A DNA stretch of 63,409 nt, filler included, from Octopus bimaculoides (GCF_001194135.2; 4 parts of 4 records of this genome joined end to end with filler, not necessarily neighbours in it); one strand, 5' to 3'; shown: positions 1 to 14,078, counted from the first letter of the whole stretch. Notes: a model not told the origin generated them from the letters alone. Numbers and translations are program-made.

Positions 1-256
1 CGTTCAATGGAACTGAACCCGAAACCAAACAGTTGCCTACCGAGCGTCTTAACCACACAGCTAAAATTGTGCCTTTTTATAAACACTCTTATTTCCCATC
101 ATACAGGCATAAATTTTATTATAAGATATGTTCCATCTTTAATTTAAATTAAATATTAATCAAACTACAAATTTTATACATATTCCATGAAAGTAAATGA
201 AGGCTTAATTACTACCTTATCAAACATCACCGTTATCATCGTCATCACCGTAGACG

Positions 257-1100
257 TTATAAATGCATCGTCACCACCATCACCATCGTAATCCCTTTCG
301 TCACCACTGACATCAACGCCAGTGATGTCTCCACCATGACTATGAATCCATTACTATCTTCACCACCACCACCACCACCACCACCACAACTACCCTTACC
401 ACCATCACCACCACCACAACCACTATCACCACCACCACCACTACCACCACCACCACCACCACCACCACTATCACCACCAACCAAAAACAACAACAAAACT
501 GCCACACCGATCACCGGCAACACCACCTCTAGCATTACCACTACCAACATCACCAAAAAACAAACACCAACACAACCATCCATCATCGCTGCCCTTACCA
601 TTGCCCTCGTCTTCACCACCACCACCATCAACAATAACAATATAAACACCACCGACATTGCCACCACCAGAAGTATCATGATCGCATCATTATCATTACC
701 AGCGTCAGCAACGTCATTATCATTATGAAGCTCATAAACATGACAACGACATCACCCTAACAACCATGACACCAATATCATCACCACGCCCAAACCAACA
801 GCACCATCTGCATGATCATCACTACCATCGTCACCATCATTTCCACCACCATGACATAACAGTAGCAGCACTAGCTTACCGCCATCAACCCCACCAACAC
901 CACCAACTGCACCAAAACCAACACTAACATCATCACACTTCCTACCCCCACACCTTTATTACAATCATCGCCGTCACTACCAGTACGACGATCATCACTC
1001 TCACGACTATAACTACCACAACCATCGCAGCTGCCACCGTCACCAACATCATCTCTCTTCTATTACTAGCCGTTTCATCACCACAATCGTTAGTAACATT
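257..1100. repeat. Cryptic CAC/CCA/CAT trinucleotide low-complexity tract
   Basis: Degenerate (ACC/CCA/CAT)n; the poly-Pro/Thr/Gly ORFs here are repeat artefacts. Confidence 0.9.
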
Positions 1101-1120
1101 GTTGGCACCCCGTCGCTTCC

Positions 1121-1480
1121 GACGTCGAGGGTTCCAGTTGATCCGATCAACGGAACAGCCTGCTCGTGAAATTAACGTGCAAGTGGCTGAGCACTCCACA
1201 GACATGTGTACCCATAACGTAGTTCTCGGGGATATTCGGCGTGACAGAGTATGACAAGGCTGGCCCCTTTGAATTACAGGTTCAACAGAAACAGGAAGTA
1301 AGAGTGAGAGAAGATTCTGGTGAAAGAGTACAGCAGGGTACGCCACCATCCCCTGCCGGAGCCTCGTGGTGCTTTAGGTGTTTTCGCTCAATAAACACTC
1401 ACAACGCCCGGTCTGGAAATCGAAACCGCGATCTTATGACCGCGAGTCCGCTGCCCTAACCGCTGGGCCATTGCGCTTCC
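1121..1480 (-). mobile_element. tRNA-derived SINE (type A)
   Basis: Minus strand head TGGCCCAGCGGTTAGGG (A box) and GTTTCGATTTCC (B box); its 3' module is shared with the copy at 39978-40206. Confidence 0.75.
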
Positions 1481-1788
1481 ACCGTTAGTAACATAAACTG
1501 TACTAATGCCACTCCCGTGTTCATAGCACCCGTGATTCACTGGTTCACGGTTTAAGGGGACTTCGCGATACCGTAGTGTTTCGACTTTGTTGTGCGTATC
1601 CACGGTCGAAGCTACCCCATGTCCGGGTCGACAAATCTCACAAGAGCACGGTCTCCTGTCTTTTAGGAATCAGCACAGAAATTATTTACTGATGTGTGCA
1701 GTTGCCTGCCAAACTGATAACAAATCTTGGGGTGAACACAGAACAGCGAGAAGCCAAACAATAATGTATCTATTCATATTTAATCTGT

Positions 1789-2045
1789 GGAGGGGCGTGG
1801 TTTAGTTGTTAGGGTGTCAACACCATGATCGTAAGATTGTGGTTTCGATTCCTGGACCGGGCAACGCGTTGTGTTCTTGAGAAAAAAACACTTCATTTCA
1901 CGTTGCTCCAGTCCACTCAGCTGGCAAAAATGAGTAACGCTGCGATGGACTGGCATCCCGTCCAGCCGAGGAACACATATGCCATAGAAACCGGGAAACC
2001 GGGCCCATGAGCCTGCCTAGGCTTTAAAAAGGGCGCATTTATTTA
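1789..2045 (+). mobile_element. tRNA-derived SINE (type B)
   Basis: Head GGCGTGGTTTAGTTGTTAGG ... GTTTCGATTCC, central TGTTCTTGAG..ACACTTCATTTCACGTTGCTCCAGTCCACTCAGCTG; related pieces near 40120-40206 and 55810-55880. Confidence 0.7.
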
Positions 2046-3355
2046 TTTTCATATTTAATGTGTTCTGGCAGGCTTGATCATCAATATCTGATCACTGTTG
2101 TTTTTCTCCACCGGAGAACGCCTCATCTCATTAGACGCAGTTAACAGGTGAATTAGGTGTGATATGAATACACAACACATTGGTTGACCAGGGGCAGTAG
2201 TAGAATATATTTGCCTCGAATAACGCGCAGTGGAAGTGAAATGAAACCATGCGATTGCGCTGCAGACTTCTTAACCAACACATCCATCTATCTTCTTTTA
2301 CATGTATGTGTGTATGTATGTGTGTGCGTACGTTCGTGTGTGCGTGTGTGTGTAAATGTATGTATATACATACATAAATGGGTCAAGGAACACATTAAGT
2401 GAAAACACATTCGTCGAAAATACAAGAGCCGAAAGTATATAAACCGAAAGAAAAGTTGGCCGAAATGGAACTTTATCGAAAAATACTTGTTGAAGAGAAG
2501 GTAGAATATTCATCGAAAGTGGAATAGTTTTCAAAGAAATAGATAAAGCAATGTAAATTAAAAATAAATATTTAAAAAAAAATAATGCAATGATTTATTG
2601 ATAACTGAATCAATTGTTATAAAATGTTAAAGACATACACTTAGAAATTATTAATATATAAATCAGAATTAATAGATTTTATGTAATCTACACGAGTTGA
2701 CGTTGGGTTCAGCAAGTTATTTGCAATAACCATAAAATATAGACATTCGCGTTACTAAAAATTGTTAGTGTTCTTTAGAAAGCTATATTAGATGTACGAT
2801 TTATAGAGGTAGGATAACTAAGTATCAGTGACTAATATCCACTGAATTGGTTTGGTCGGGTACTGCTTGACAACCGATGCTGGTTTATTTACGTTCCCGT
2901 AACCTAGTGATTCAGTAAAATAGACTATGTAACGGACTTTAAAAAGTGTAAAAGTACTGGGGTTTGTTTGTTTAATTAAATTCTTCAAGACGCCGTCCCA
3001 TCACCGCTGTATTTCATTGGCTGACAGATGCTACAAAATAACATAATTAAAGAATGTAAATATAGTGTCTGCAATTACTTCCGTATAATAATTTCGCGCT
3101 AGCATGTATCAACTTAGACGTAGCAATTTTCGGTAGACCTTCACTGTAAATGTTCAAATAAAAACCGTTATGGCGATGTGTAATGTCGTCTGTGACATCA
3201 TGGGATCATTTCTACTCCAAAAAGCGGTACCAATACTTTTATACTGAGAACACCCAAATTACTCGAGTTTTCATGCTCTTTATTGGTATTATTTTATTCT
3301 CCTATTATTTTAATTGTTTCAATCATATGAGTGCAGCCATGCTGGAGCACCAAGA

Positions 3356-5170
3356 TTTTATATCCTTTGTATCGGGTATATAATATAATGAAGCAGGTGG
3401 GAATATATACACAACGCATTACTATTACCCGACACTCAACGCTCTATATCAAAGGTTCACAGTGAACTACTACCAACACGAACACATAATCGCTCACAAA
3501 CCTTTGTTTTACTTTATAACAATGAGTCAGTTCACCTTTTAGTCACTGGAGCAATGGTTGGAATCCTTCCACAACATCTCCCCTTTTTAGAATCAGACTC
3601 ACCTATCTTCTCTCCTTTTGAGAATTAAACTCCGTTCTGAATTTTAATATTTCTTACGTTTGTTGTATTATTTAACACAAGAACTTTAGCATTTAAGGGT
3701 TTTTTACATCTCAAATATAAGTTTTTCCTGAAACATCACGGGCAACTTTCGAGGTTTCATCTAATTTAGGTCTCCCGATCTTTTTCCATGTTTTTTTTTT
3801 GTTAATTATTGAGATCTCGCTGCCTGTATCCAATTATAACTTTACGTTAGTGTTATTAATTTCTACATACACAAATTATATTTGAGGTTCGTTCGTATAT
3901 TTTTTCACCGATAATCCGCTTACGCGATTTTTTTCTGCTGAACCGTTTTTTAGGTTCTGTACTACAATGCGAGTTTTTATGACTTATTTTACCGCGCTAG
4001 TAGCATTTTATAGTTTTGAAAGGACAGTTATTTTAAAAATGTATACCACCGCACCCATAACATTGATTTGGTCTTGATATTTTGTGCCCATTTTCTTATT
4101 CATTACCTGTCGATACGTTTGAATCTGAGAACAATCTTTCTCTTCAGTTTTATTTGCGTCATGTAGATTAATAATCCTTAAACATTCTTCTGCTAATGCC
4201 TGAAGAGTTAAATTATACGTCTAATTTTGTTAACATATATCTGAATCTTTGCTTGCAGTAAGTCCTTGAGCAAAGATTAAAGACTTGAACATGTCCGGGG
4301 TTAACTCATTCAATTTGCATTTCACAAACTCTCTGTTAACCACTCTGGTATAGGTGACGAAATCTTCATCATCATTTATGACCAAATTTAAACATTGTCA
4401 GTGAGTATTGAACAGGGAACTTCTTTCACTGAAGATATTCGATAAAATCTCATTTAGCTTCTTCGGCTATAATTAGTATATTATAATATAATTAATATAT
4501 TTTTCGTGTTCGAAATTATAATTAGTATATTTTTTCGTGTTCGAAAGGGGATAACTTTCTTAAAAGTAGTCGTACTTTTTCTCGTCGGACCAACTTTTCA
4601 CTCTCCTTTGAAGATTTCTACTTATCTATGAAAATATGCAGAGAAAGTAGTACCTTCTCCTTCTGGTTTATAGCTGAATTCTTCAATTGAATTTGCTACG
4701 CTGTCTGGTGAATACGAACCTGAAGAATTTTCAGAATCCTTCAACATTAATTCAAGCAATTGTTGGTTTTGTTGCTGCTGTTGATATAGTTGCTGTTGTA
4801 ACTGCTGTTTTTGTTGCTGCTGTTAATGTTGCAACTGCACTGCGGAGGCTAATAATTCTTCCATGCTAAAACAATTTTTTCTTTGGTTTCGTACGAAAAC
4901 ATTAATTTTTAAACATCCAACGCAAGTTTCGAACAACGCATCGTCACTTTTATATCCTTTGTATTGGACATATAATATAACGAAGTGGGGGGAGAGAAAG
5001 TATATATATACGGCGCACTATTATTACTATTACACGAAACTCAACGCTCTATATCAAAGGCTCACAGTGAACCACTACCAACACGAACTCCCAATCCATC
5101 ACAGTTCTTTGTTTTATAACAATGAGTCAGTCCACCTTTTAGTCACTTGACTAAAAGATGGACTTGAACA
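3356..5170 (-). mobile_element. Degenerate Ty3/Gypsy (Mag-like) LTR retrotransposon, pol largely deleted
   Basis: Diverged direct repeats (LTRs) at about 3356-3576 and 4948-5170; PPT AAAAAGGGGAGA (3577-3588, minus) abuts the TG start of the 3' LTR; decayed gag, two zinc knuckles and protease LDTGSEISI (DTGS 3819-3830). No clear TSD. Confidence 0.85.
3950..4864 (-). pseudogene. Gypsy gag remnant with stops and frameshifts
   Basis: MEELLASAVQ..poly-Q..NSIEEFSYKPEGEGTTFSAYF..SSLFNTH*QCLNLVINDDEDFVTYTRVVNREC..; knuckles CYGCGGIHF*NNC and CY*RGKISHKNSHC. Confidence 0.8.
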
Positions 5171-5474
5171 TAGGTTGTGTCGCTCTGAACCAAAATAAAA
5201 TGTGGTAACTCTGTCGAAGGTAAACCGTACGATATTGGTATAATAACTTTTGTCTTTTTGCGAAATTTTTGTTCGAACAAGCCAGATCCTGCTTCTCACA
5301 CCTACTTTACCATATCATTCTAAATGTATATGCAATCACATCATTGAAATCTTGAAGCTACGAGATAATGATTAATCCAAAACAATGTGAATAAATAAGC
5401 ATTATCTGTGATACACTAATCTAATTGCTAAAGGTTTAAGGAAAACGACCTGATACGAGATTTGATCATAGTAA

Positions 5475-6055
5475 TGAAGCTAAAGCACGCAGAGCAAAGC
5501 CGCCAGTTAAAAATTGACCTTGAACTCTGCTATGCAAGCGCACTAAGTTTTAACGATTTAGTTCACTTCCGCTGTTTACAGCAGTGCTAGGAAGGAAGGT
5601 GTGTAGCGTGTAATCGTCGCATTGACCATGACAGAGAAAGTTGTCTTGGCGACACCTGCTCAGAAGCCTACGCAAATTTTCAGAAAGTGTCTGGAACGGA
5701 TTGTATGAGCCGCACACAAGTGTACGAGTGGTTTGAACGTTTCCAAGATCGCCGAATTATGTTGATATTGTTGAACGTTCTGGGAGATACGCAACTAGCA
5801 GCACTAAGAAAAACATCGCAGATGTGCGTGCAGCTGTAAGAGGAAAGCCTCGCATCACCATCCGTGAGTTATCAGAGAATGTGCAGATTAGTTATGGTTC
5901 AGTTCAGTCCATTATCACTGAAGATTTGGGTATGAGGCGCATATCTGCCAAGTTTCTGCCAAAACTTATTTCAGCTGACCAAAAAGAAATTCGGGTTTCA
6001 GTTGAACAAGATCTTGATTGTGTCGAGAATAATGAAATTTTTTGAAAACTTTGTG
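5475..6055 (+). mobile_element. Mariner 5' region and N-terminal transposase fragment
   Basis: MSRTQVYEWFERF..PRITIRELSENVQISYGSVQSIITEDLGMRRISAKFLPKLIS matches the mariner HTH and the WVPR-equivalent linker. Confidence 0.85.
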
Positions 6056-6057
6056 TA

Positions 6058-6326
6058 GGCCTCTGAGCAGGTATCGCCAAGCTTTTGGCAAAATTTGATG
6101 CAGATTCTCTGCTCAACTTTCTCTGACATCGTCAATGCAACGATCACACGCTACACACCCTCCTCCCAAGTACAGCTCTAAACAGTGGAAGCGAGCTAGA
6201 ACGTTAAAACATAGTGCGCATGCACAACAGAGTTAAAAAGTCAATCTGTGCCAAACGGCTTCACTCTCCATGCTTTAGCTTTGTTGCCATGGCAACTGTC
6301 CGGATACTTATTGATCAGACCACGTA
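6058..6326 (-). mobile_element. Second, inverted 5' end of the same mariner family, with TIR
   Basis: Reverse complement starts TA CGTGGTCTGATCAATAAGTATCCGGAC and encodes MSEKVEQRICIKFCQKLGDTCSE; homologous to 5475-5686. Confidence 0.8.
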
Positions 6327-8036
6327 TATGCTGACATCAATCAAACGCGTATAATTTTCATATAACTGTGAATAATCGGAGCAAGAACTTGTCTGACATA
6401 TACTCTTCTCTGCAACAGTTTTTTTTCCTCACTCCTAAAATCCCATAAGCCAGCCTTTATTGAAACCTGAAAGACATGGCAAAATTCACCAGACATCGTA
6501 AATTTTCTATAATGCTTTAAAATGCGAAATTGAACACTCATTTACAAAGGAGCTGCAGGACGTAAACAAGCAGCTACAGATGTACATGCCTCTGTTCTGG
6601 AGACGTCTAAATGCAGAAGTTTTGTGTAACTTCAGAGCCGTTTTAAAAATACCTAACACGTAAACACGAGCGAGATAAGATTTTTATAATTTCAGAACGG
6701 TTTCAACAACGCCCAGCACATCGGCCAACAGCCGAATTTTTTCATGAAGGTCAAGACAAACAATATATGCTGGTATAGTGATTGCCTTCATCTTCAGAAA
6801 GTTTTCTCTATAAAGAGGTTCGAAAGTAAACGTTTTTGACATGTGTACCACGGTGACATTTTTCATGAATTTTCCTTTTCTTTCTTTTTTTTTTTTTTTT
6901 TTACCAAAATGAAATATATCATCGTCGTCTAATCTGATTGGGTATCACTTCCTCATGTGGATTATATATAGCATTGCTTCTTTAATAATAGCTTCAAATA
7001 CTCTTTTCTTTGCTTTTGTTTTTTACATTTTCAAGATAGCTTGTCTTCTTGGAATTGCATTTAAATGCTACAGTTATTTTTGTACCATTTCCTAGCATAA
7101 TTAATTTAGGATATTCTCAGCAATGCTTTTATACAATGATTTTCGTTCAAATACATTTGTTCGTTGATATTCATTTGTTTTTCATAATATATCACTTACC
7201 TTTCATATGATTGACAGAAACATTAAAGTGTAGGGAAAACTGCTTTGTGGTATTTGTTCCGGCTCTTTACATTCTGATTTCGTATCCCACCGACACCAAT
7301 TTTACCTTTCATCCATTCATACTTAAGCCCTTTGCTGCCTATGGAGCGTAGACCATCGACACCTTTCCTCTTTTCGCTTTTGTCTTCGACTCTGGGATAT
7401 CCTTTTCTCTACTAGGTTTTTGGGTCTTGCATTCTCCTTGAAGCTTCTGTACCTTTACTTTTTTTCCTAAGTCGTGGTGTTGGCCCTACACAAACCCATT
7501 TTTAATCTTCAAAAGAGTTAGTCTATATTAGCCTGGCCTTTATCCTTCGATTTGTTTTGCATGGGAAGCTCTACCACGAGCTTACGTTCCGCTGGCATAT
7601 ATGTTAAGGTTTTTGGGGCATACAACCATTGTTGCAGTACTTATTGTTATCACTGTCAACGGTATTTTAGAATACTTTTATTTCATGCCACCTAAGCTAG
7701 CGACTTAGGCAGTGAGCTAATGCAATGTGGAATACAGATGTTCACAAAGAGTATTTTGTTACGTCATGGATTTTTAAAATAAACTTACGGTTTTAGAAAG
7801 TTCAAAATAATCTTGAAACGTCTTGAAAAATGTGTTATTGATTACAGCTAATAATAGAAAGGTAAAGAATCATTGACTTTGAAATACTTATGTTAGAAAA
7901 TGTGCCATGCATCCATGCAAAAACATACGAGTTCGGAGACTTCAAGTATATTACTTTAGCAACGTATATTAAAATGCAAAGAGGTTGATGCTAGAGATGA
8001 TTGTGAAAACTTTATTTCATCTCCAGTGCATCACAT

Positions 8037-8078
<42 letters not shown>

Positions 8079-9155
8079 AGAGAAAGAAAGAAAGAAAGAA
8101 AGAAAGAGAGCATCTACCTCGTGGTTTAATTTCAAACTGCATCTCTTAATACATTCAAATATGAAAAAACGATTTTCTCCGTTGAATTAACTGAATGTCC
8201 CCTACCACCACCACCATAGTTGATTTCATGTATTTGAAATAATTAACGATGTATTTAAAAAATTATTGGGAAGTGAATATATAAGAGTTTCTGCGTGTCC
8301 TAAAATGGCTAAAATGATTTGAGCGCAATATAAACTGACTTATAATGATAATTCTTAAAATTTAGAACAATACCAACACTTTTGAGAAAAATTGGAAGTG
8401 GATTATATCGACCCCAGTGCTCCACTAATATATACTTCACCAATCCCGAAAGAATGCCTTGGCGGCATTTGAATTCAGAACGTAAAGAGCCGAAAACGTA
8501 TAATAAATAACAATCTCGTTAAAGTGTTTTAAAAGATTTTAACTGTTATTTTTTGTGATTAAATCGCCAAAAATTTCTGTATATAATAGTTATACCTTGC
8601 AAATAAAGCAAAATAGGCTTCGCAGACGACTCGAAACTAATAGAACCAGCTCACTGCCCACTGATAATAATGCTTGCTGTACAACGCTTACAACAAGACT
8701 ATCACTTCTCAAACCATTTCGTTACCAACCCCGCTTAATTATGTTTAATATTGTTAAGTTATTAATTACATTGAAATACGCTGCTCTTAAACAATGATTT
8801 TAAAGATGAAATTATTGTGAATAAATTAATTAAATAGCCAATAATGCCGACAGCTAGAACTTGTACATTGTATGACTATATATGCGAGTATAAATAGTAA
8901 GTGCGTTTTTGTTTGTGTCTCTGCGTTTGTGTGAATATGGTAGTAGTTGTGTAGGTGGTAGCAGTGATGGTGCTGGTGTTGGTGTTGGGGTTGCCGGTGG
9001 TGATTGTGGTCGAGAATAAAATGAACGTGAATAATCTGAATAACAAACAAATGAGTGTGTGTGTGTGTGAGAGAGAGAATGTGTTTGAATGTGTGTCTTC
9101 GATTATGTGTGCGCGTTTGTGTGATCATGTGTGTGTTTATGCATCTGTGTGTGTT

Positions 9156-9223
<68 letters not shown>

Positions 9224-9777
9224 AATATATATATACATATATATAATTGTGCAATCACGTAGTTATATGTACAAAAGTATGAATCGTTTCCTTCTAGGAG
9301 TTATCTTGATATTTCAATTCGAGTATTTTGAGTGTAGGTAAGCATTCACATACGCACTACACATAGAAACACAGAACTATGAGTGTACGCCGTGTGTGTG
9401 TGTTTGTGTTTGTGTGTGTGTTTGTGTGTTTGTGTTTGTGTGAGTGTGAGTGTGAGGGACTACAGTTGTTTATGTGTGTCTGCAAGTGTGAGTGTATGTT
9501 TGATGTTGAAACTATACTAATATCCATTTGGCAGCAGAAGATGAGAATACACATTCATTGTGCTTGATTTTCAATTTCGTATATCTTGGTCTCGTTATTC
9601 TCGGTTGTCCTTCATTTTTGAAAACTGGGAAACGTTCGATCTTTTTCATACGTAATCTAATTAGGCCTAGATTATGCTCAGATTTGGGGATTTAGTTTGG
9701 GAAGGTTCTGTGGAATATACATAAATCTATAATAATAAACTTGAGGACCCTGTATCTCAGTCTACATTACCTTACAT

Positions 9778-11900
9778 CAGTGTTTCCCAAACTTTTCGCG
9801 CCAAATTGCAATATCGCCCATCTATCGACCCAATAATACTCCATCGCCCACATGTGTAAAAAGAAAACCCTAAATAACTCCTCACCTCACCTCAACAACA
9901 CTAAATCTCCTAAGAGAACCTCCTTCCCTTGTATTATTCAACACACATTATATCGTAGACTCTTTGCCCGGTTAGTGTCGTTTGGACTAAATATGCGGTT
10001 GTTTACAAACCCCTTATTGTGGGTTTAGTTTTGTCATTAGTCTGAATAAAATTCTAACAATAACTCTATACTATGCAGACAGATTAACTTCGGTAAACTT
10101 GCGCTTTCTTTTACACCGATTTCTATTTTCTCCAAATGAACCATTGATCAGAACTACCGATGCAAAAATAATGGTTGTATTATAAAGGAAAAATACAACT
10201 CTTTAATGAGAACCTTGTATCTTGTGCGATGCAGCTGGAGCAGATACGTTCGGTTTCAAACTTGTTGACTTTAGCCGCAAGTCTCCTCGTTGTGTCACAT
10301 CTAGTCCAATTTTTTTAATGGGAAAGTAAAGTTCTAATATGGCTAGAACCAGATTCAACCAGGTATGAGGTAGGGAAGGCAAGCAAAAGTAATTTCAGAT
10401 GTTTCCACAGATTGGGATAGGAATTCAATATAATTTGATGGTACCACAAACCTACTTTACCATTACGACGATATTGCATTGTGGCGTCATTGTCATTTTG
10501 TAATTCTATCAATTCCTCCTGAATGTCGTCCTCACAATCGACTGCATCGACCTCAAACGGGTTGCCATACCAATTTGGAATATTCAGCGCAATAACATCT
10601 TGAAATCGCTCCACCTTGTCAATGTTTAATTATTGTAAATATTTGTGATGTGTAGTTAAACCCCCATCAACCAATTCATCTTTCAAACAATCAAGTTGTT
10701 TAAATTGATGGAATTGACGTTTTGAAATGTTAGTCTTCTACAGCACTAATTTCGAAATGAAAGTTATGATAAATGATTTACAATCAACGAGAGTTTTTCT
10801 GTTTCCTTTCAATAACTTATTCAAATCATTTAATTTTGTGAATATATCGCGAAGAAGAAGATAGCGCACCTTGCAGCCCTCAACAAAGTGGATTGTGGAA
10901 TATCTTCAAAGAAAGATATGATTATATGAAACAATTCAACAAAGCGTAAAACACAGTTTCCTTTTGACATCCACCACACTTCAGCATGGTATAAGAGTTT
11001 AGTATAGTCCTCATCATTTCTCAGACAGAGTTGACGGAAAATCGATCAGACAAAGGATTGGACCTCAATTTGTTCACAGTCTTGATAACTAAATGCAGTG
11101 TATCATTCAATCTACCGTTCATATTTTTTGCCACTAAATGCTGCCGGTGTGCCAAGCAATGGATAGTTAGTATCTGGTGGGAAACTTCACGCTTTAGGAG
11201 AGGTGAAAAACCTCTGTATCTCCCTATCATCGAAGGGGCTCCATCAGACGCACAGACAAGAATATTACTGAGTGGGATATTATGTTCAAAAAGGTAAGAC
11301 TTAAGAGTGTGGAAAATAGTTGCACATTTTGAATCAAACAGCAATTTCTCTGTGAACAGCATTTCTTCACAAGGTTGAAGGTCTTCGCTGAAATACCGAA
11401 CATACACCATCATTTATTGTCCACAACAGTTTACTCATCCACTTGTATAGAACATTCAGAATGCTAGAGGTCATTAATGAGCTGATGTTTGACTCATTGG
11501 CCATTTCATCGATGAGTCGAGAAATCGTGTTATTACTAAGTGGAATCTTCTTCATAATGTTATCAGGTTTTTCGAGCATAACGGTTAACAAAACCACTTC
11601 AATAACCGGACGAAGTAATGTTTCTCCAATTGTGTGAGACTTCCCAGACTTAGCAACAAGCAATGCAATGCTGTACGATGCAGTCAACCTGTCATTCTCC
11701 TGCTTACTAGTTTCCTGGATTAGCGTGTTGGGTGTTTGTGCTTGCTTTTTAAAAGAGACGCTCAGCTTCAAAAAGTATGATAACGGCTTTCCTTCTTATC
11801 AGAATGCTTTGCATCAATGTGGTACTTCAAGCATGAAAGTTGCATTGCTTCATTTGTCAATGTTTGGTGGAAAAGGAGGCACATTGGTAACTGACAGTCC
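9778..11900 (-). mobile_element. hAT (Buster/Charlie-type) transposon with disrupted transposase
   Basis: TIR CAGTGTTTCCCAAACT at 9778; fragments ASYSIALLVAKSGKSHTIGE, LSNNTISRLIDEMA, SDGAPSMIG, IHCLAHRQHL, FPTSYLVESG; C-terminal stop at 10203-10205; second TIR not found. Confidence 0.9.
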
Positions 11901-12525
11901 TGAGGAGAGGGAATAAATCTAAGTGATAAATAATCACTACTCTATTATCAACAAATTTTCTTGACTGGAGACATCAGTAAAGTGAAAATGTGAAAACGAA
12001 TTTCTATGGACGGTGTCAGAAAGGTAGTATGGTATTCCCAAAGAGAAGTAGAATTCAATAGAGGAGTCAGATGACACGTCTTTACTGGAGCAAATACAGA
12101 TCTAGTGCGTTTGGCTGCTAGCATTTCAAAAATTAAAGTTTATCAAAAATTTTAAAGTTTGGCACATTAATATACCTTTCCAAGCTAAATTTCTGGAGTT
12201 ATTCAACTTTAAAAAAAAATTATATATATATATTTATATATATTGCTTATGACGAATAACACAAAACATGCTCAGTGTATTATGTAGCGTATGACTGTTT
12301 ATTAGGCCATCTCGTATCGTTACTGAAAGTTTCCAAGACACCTTATCAGTTGTCATTCTATAATCAAATAATGAAAGCCATATCTTTATTCAAGATGGTT
12401 TCATGAATCCTCTGTTTAATTGACTGATACCGAATAAATAATCATACGAAAGGTGAGTGATAATTCGTAACTGAAAAAACGGAGGCAACTGAGTTTGATT
12501 TATCAGAAAAAAATTCACGTTTTGT

Positions 12526-12758
12526 TTAATCCTTCAGCATTCAAATTTTTCCATTAAATATAATGCTTATTTATTCACATTGTTTTTAATTAATCGTGCA
12601 TCATATCATACCTTAAAAATTGTAATGACATGCTAGTTTATTTTAGAATCCCATTGTAGAGTAGTAGCGAGGGGCTAGATTTGAGCAGTTTAAACATAAA
12701 GCAGATAGAATGTTCGTATTTTGGCCGAATATGGCTGGTTTAAATGCTACAGAGTGAA
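12526..12758. mobile_element. Short piggyBac-like MITE
   Basis: TTAA TCCTTCAGCATTCA ... AAATGCTACAGAGTGAA degenerate ends; related copy at about 52558-53010. Confidence 0.5.
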
Positions 12759-14020
12759 ACTTCTGTGATTCCTCGTAAGAGATTCTTGAAAGCCTTTTAT
12801 GTCACATAGTACACAAAAGATTTTATTTTTTAAGTGTCAACGTGTATGCTTGGCAAGACAGCTGTACTTAACTTAAGGTATTTTGTGGTATTAAAATTGG
12901 AGGGGAATATTGGGCGCAACCCAATGTAAGCTGCGCATATTCAGGACAAAAATTTTTTTAGTGCATTGAAGCATTTAATATCGGAACTGGGGTGAATTTT
13001 GGAGACTTTATTTGGAGGAAAATGTACATCTTATACGCCTTTAAATACAGCATTTATAGAAGTCAATACTTTATCCTACTAAATGGATCGCTTGTAGAGT
13101 TAGCTAAATTGCAAATAGAAATGCACTGAAACTTAAATACATTTAAAGGTTGAAGCGTGTAAAATATTTCTACACTTATTTTCAGGTTTAATCTAGGTAG
13201 TGTCAAGGACTCCAGATTTTGAGTCACATATTGAACTATAGAGAGTGCAGCTATAATAGCTGTCATCTACCTTTGTCTTTGCAATAATATTTCACTTAAG
13301 TTAGCGAGTGCTGTCACATCTATCTTTTGAGTAACCAAATATATTTCGAAGCAATATGACATTGAACTTATTTCTGGACTTATACGAATGTGCTTGTGTA
13401 GTACCTGTATTAGTTTGGTTACGACATATGAGCGTCAACTTGTTCGATCACCTGGATTGCCTACTCATTAACTTAACGTACCAAGTGACTGAATATTCCC
13501 CAACGGCTGATTTTACCTGAGAACTACATTTTCGGATAGAATCAGCTTAACACAGCGAAGAAAGGAATAATTACGGGTACAATCTAATTTATGAACGTCA
13601 ATACAGTTTCTGCCTGTTCAGTTTTACTCGCAAATCTTGGGTCGATCGAATGCTACGTAAAAAAAAACATTTGTCTAAGATATCACGCAATGAAATCGAA
13701 CTCGAACCATCATGTTTCCAAGGTGATCTTTTTACCTACTCAACCAAGCCTACGTCATAACACTTTACGATATACACATTACTGTACGATCTGAAAATTC
13801 TACATAACCTTTGCATGATATTTCTTTAGGCTCGTATTTTCCATTCAACTGACACCTCCCGATGTCTTTGCAATTGAATTTATATTGAGTTACTTGTCAG
13901 CTGTTTATAGATTTTTGTCCGTGTTTAGTGAATTGCATTCCTGTGCTACCCATATAACTCTAACTGTTTCAGTACAATAAATAAGCTGAAAACATAAGGC
14001 TAAGCAGCAAAAAAATACCC

Positions 14021-14077
<57 letters not shown>

Positions 14078-14078
14078 T
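14021..14078. repeat. (AAT)n microsatellite
   Basis: Direct reading. Confidence 0.95.

Noticed and set aside
257-1100. Pro-, Gly- and Thr-rich ORFs (257-679, 336-728)
   Set aside because: Translations of a cryptic CAC/CCA repeat; no splice or homology support.
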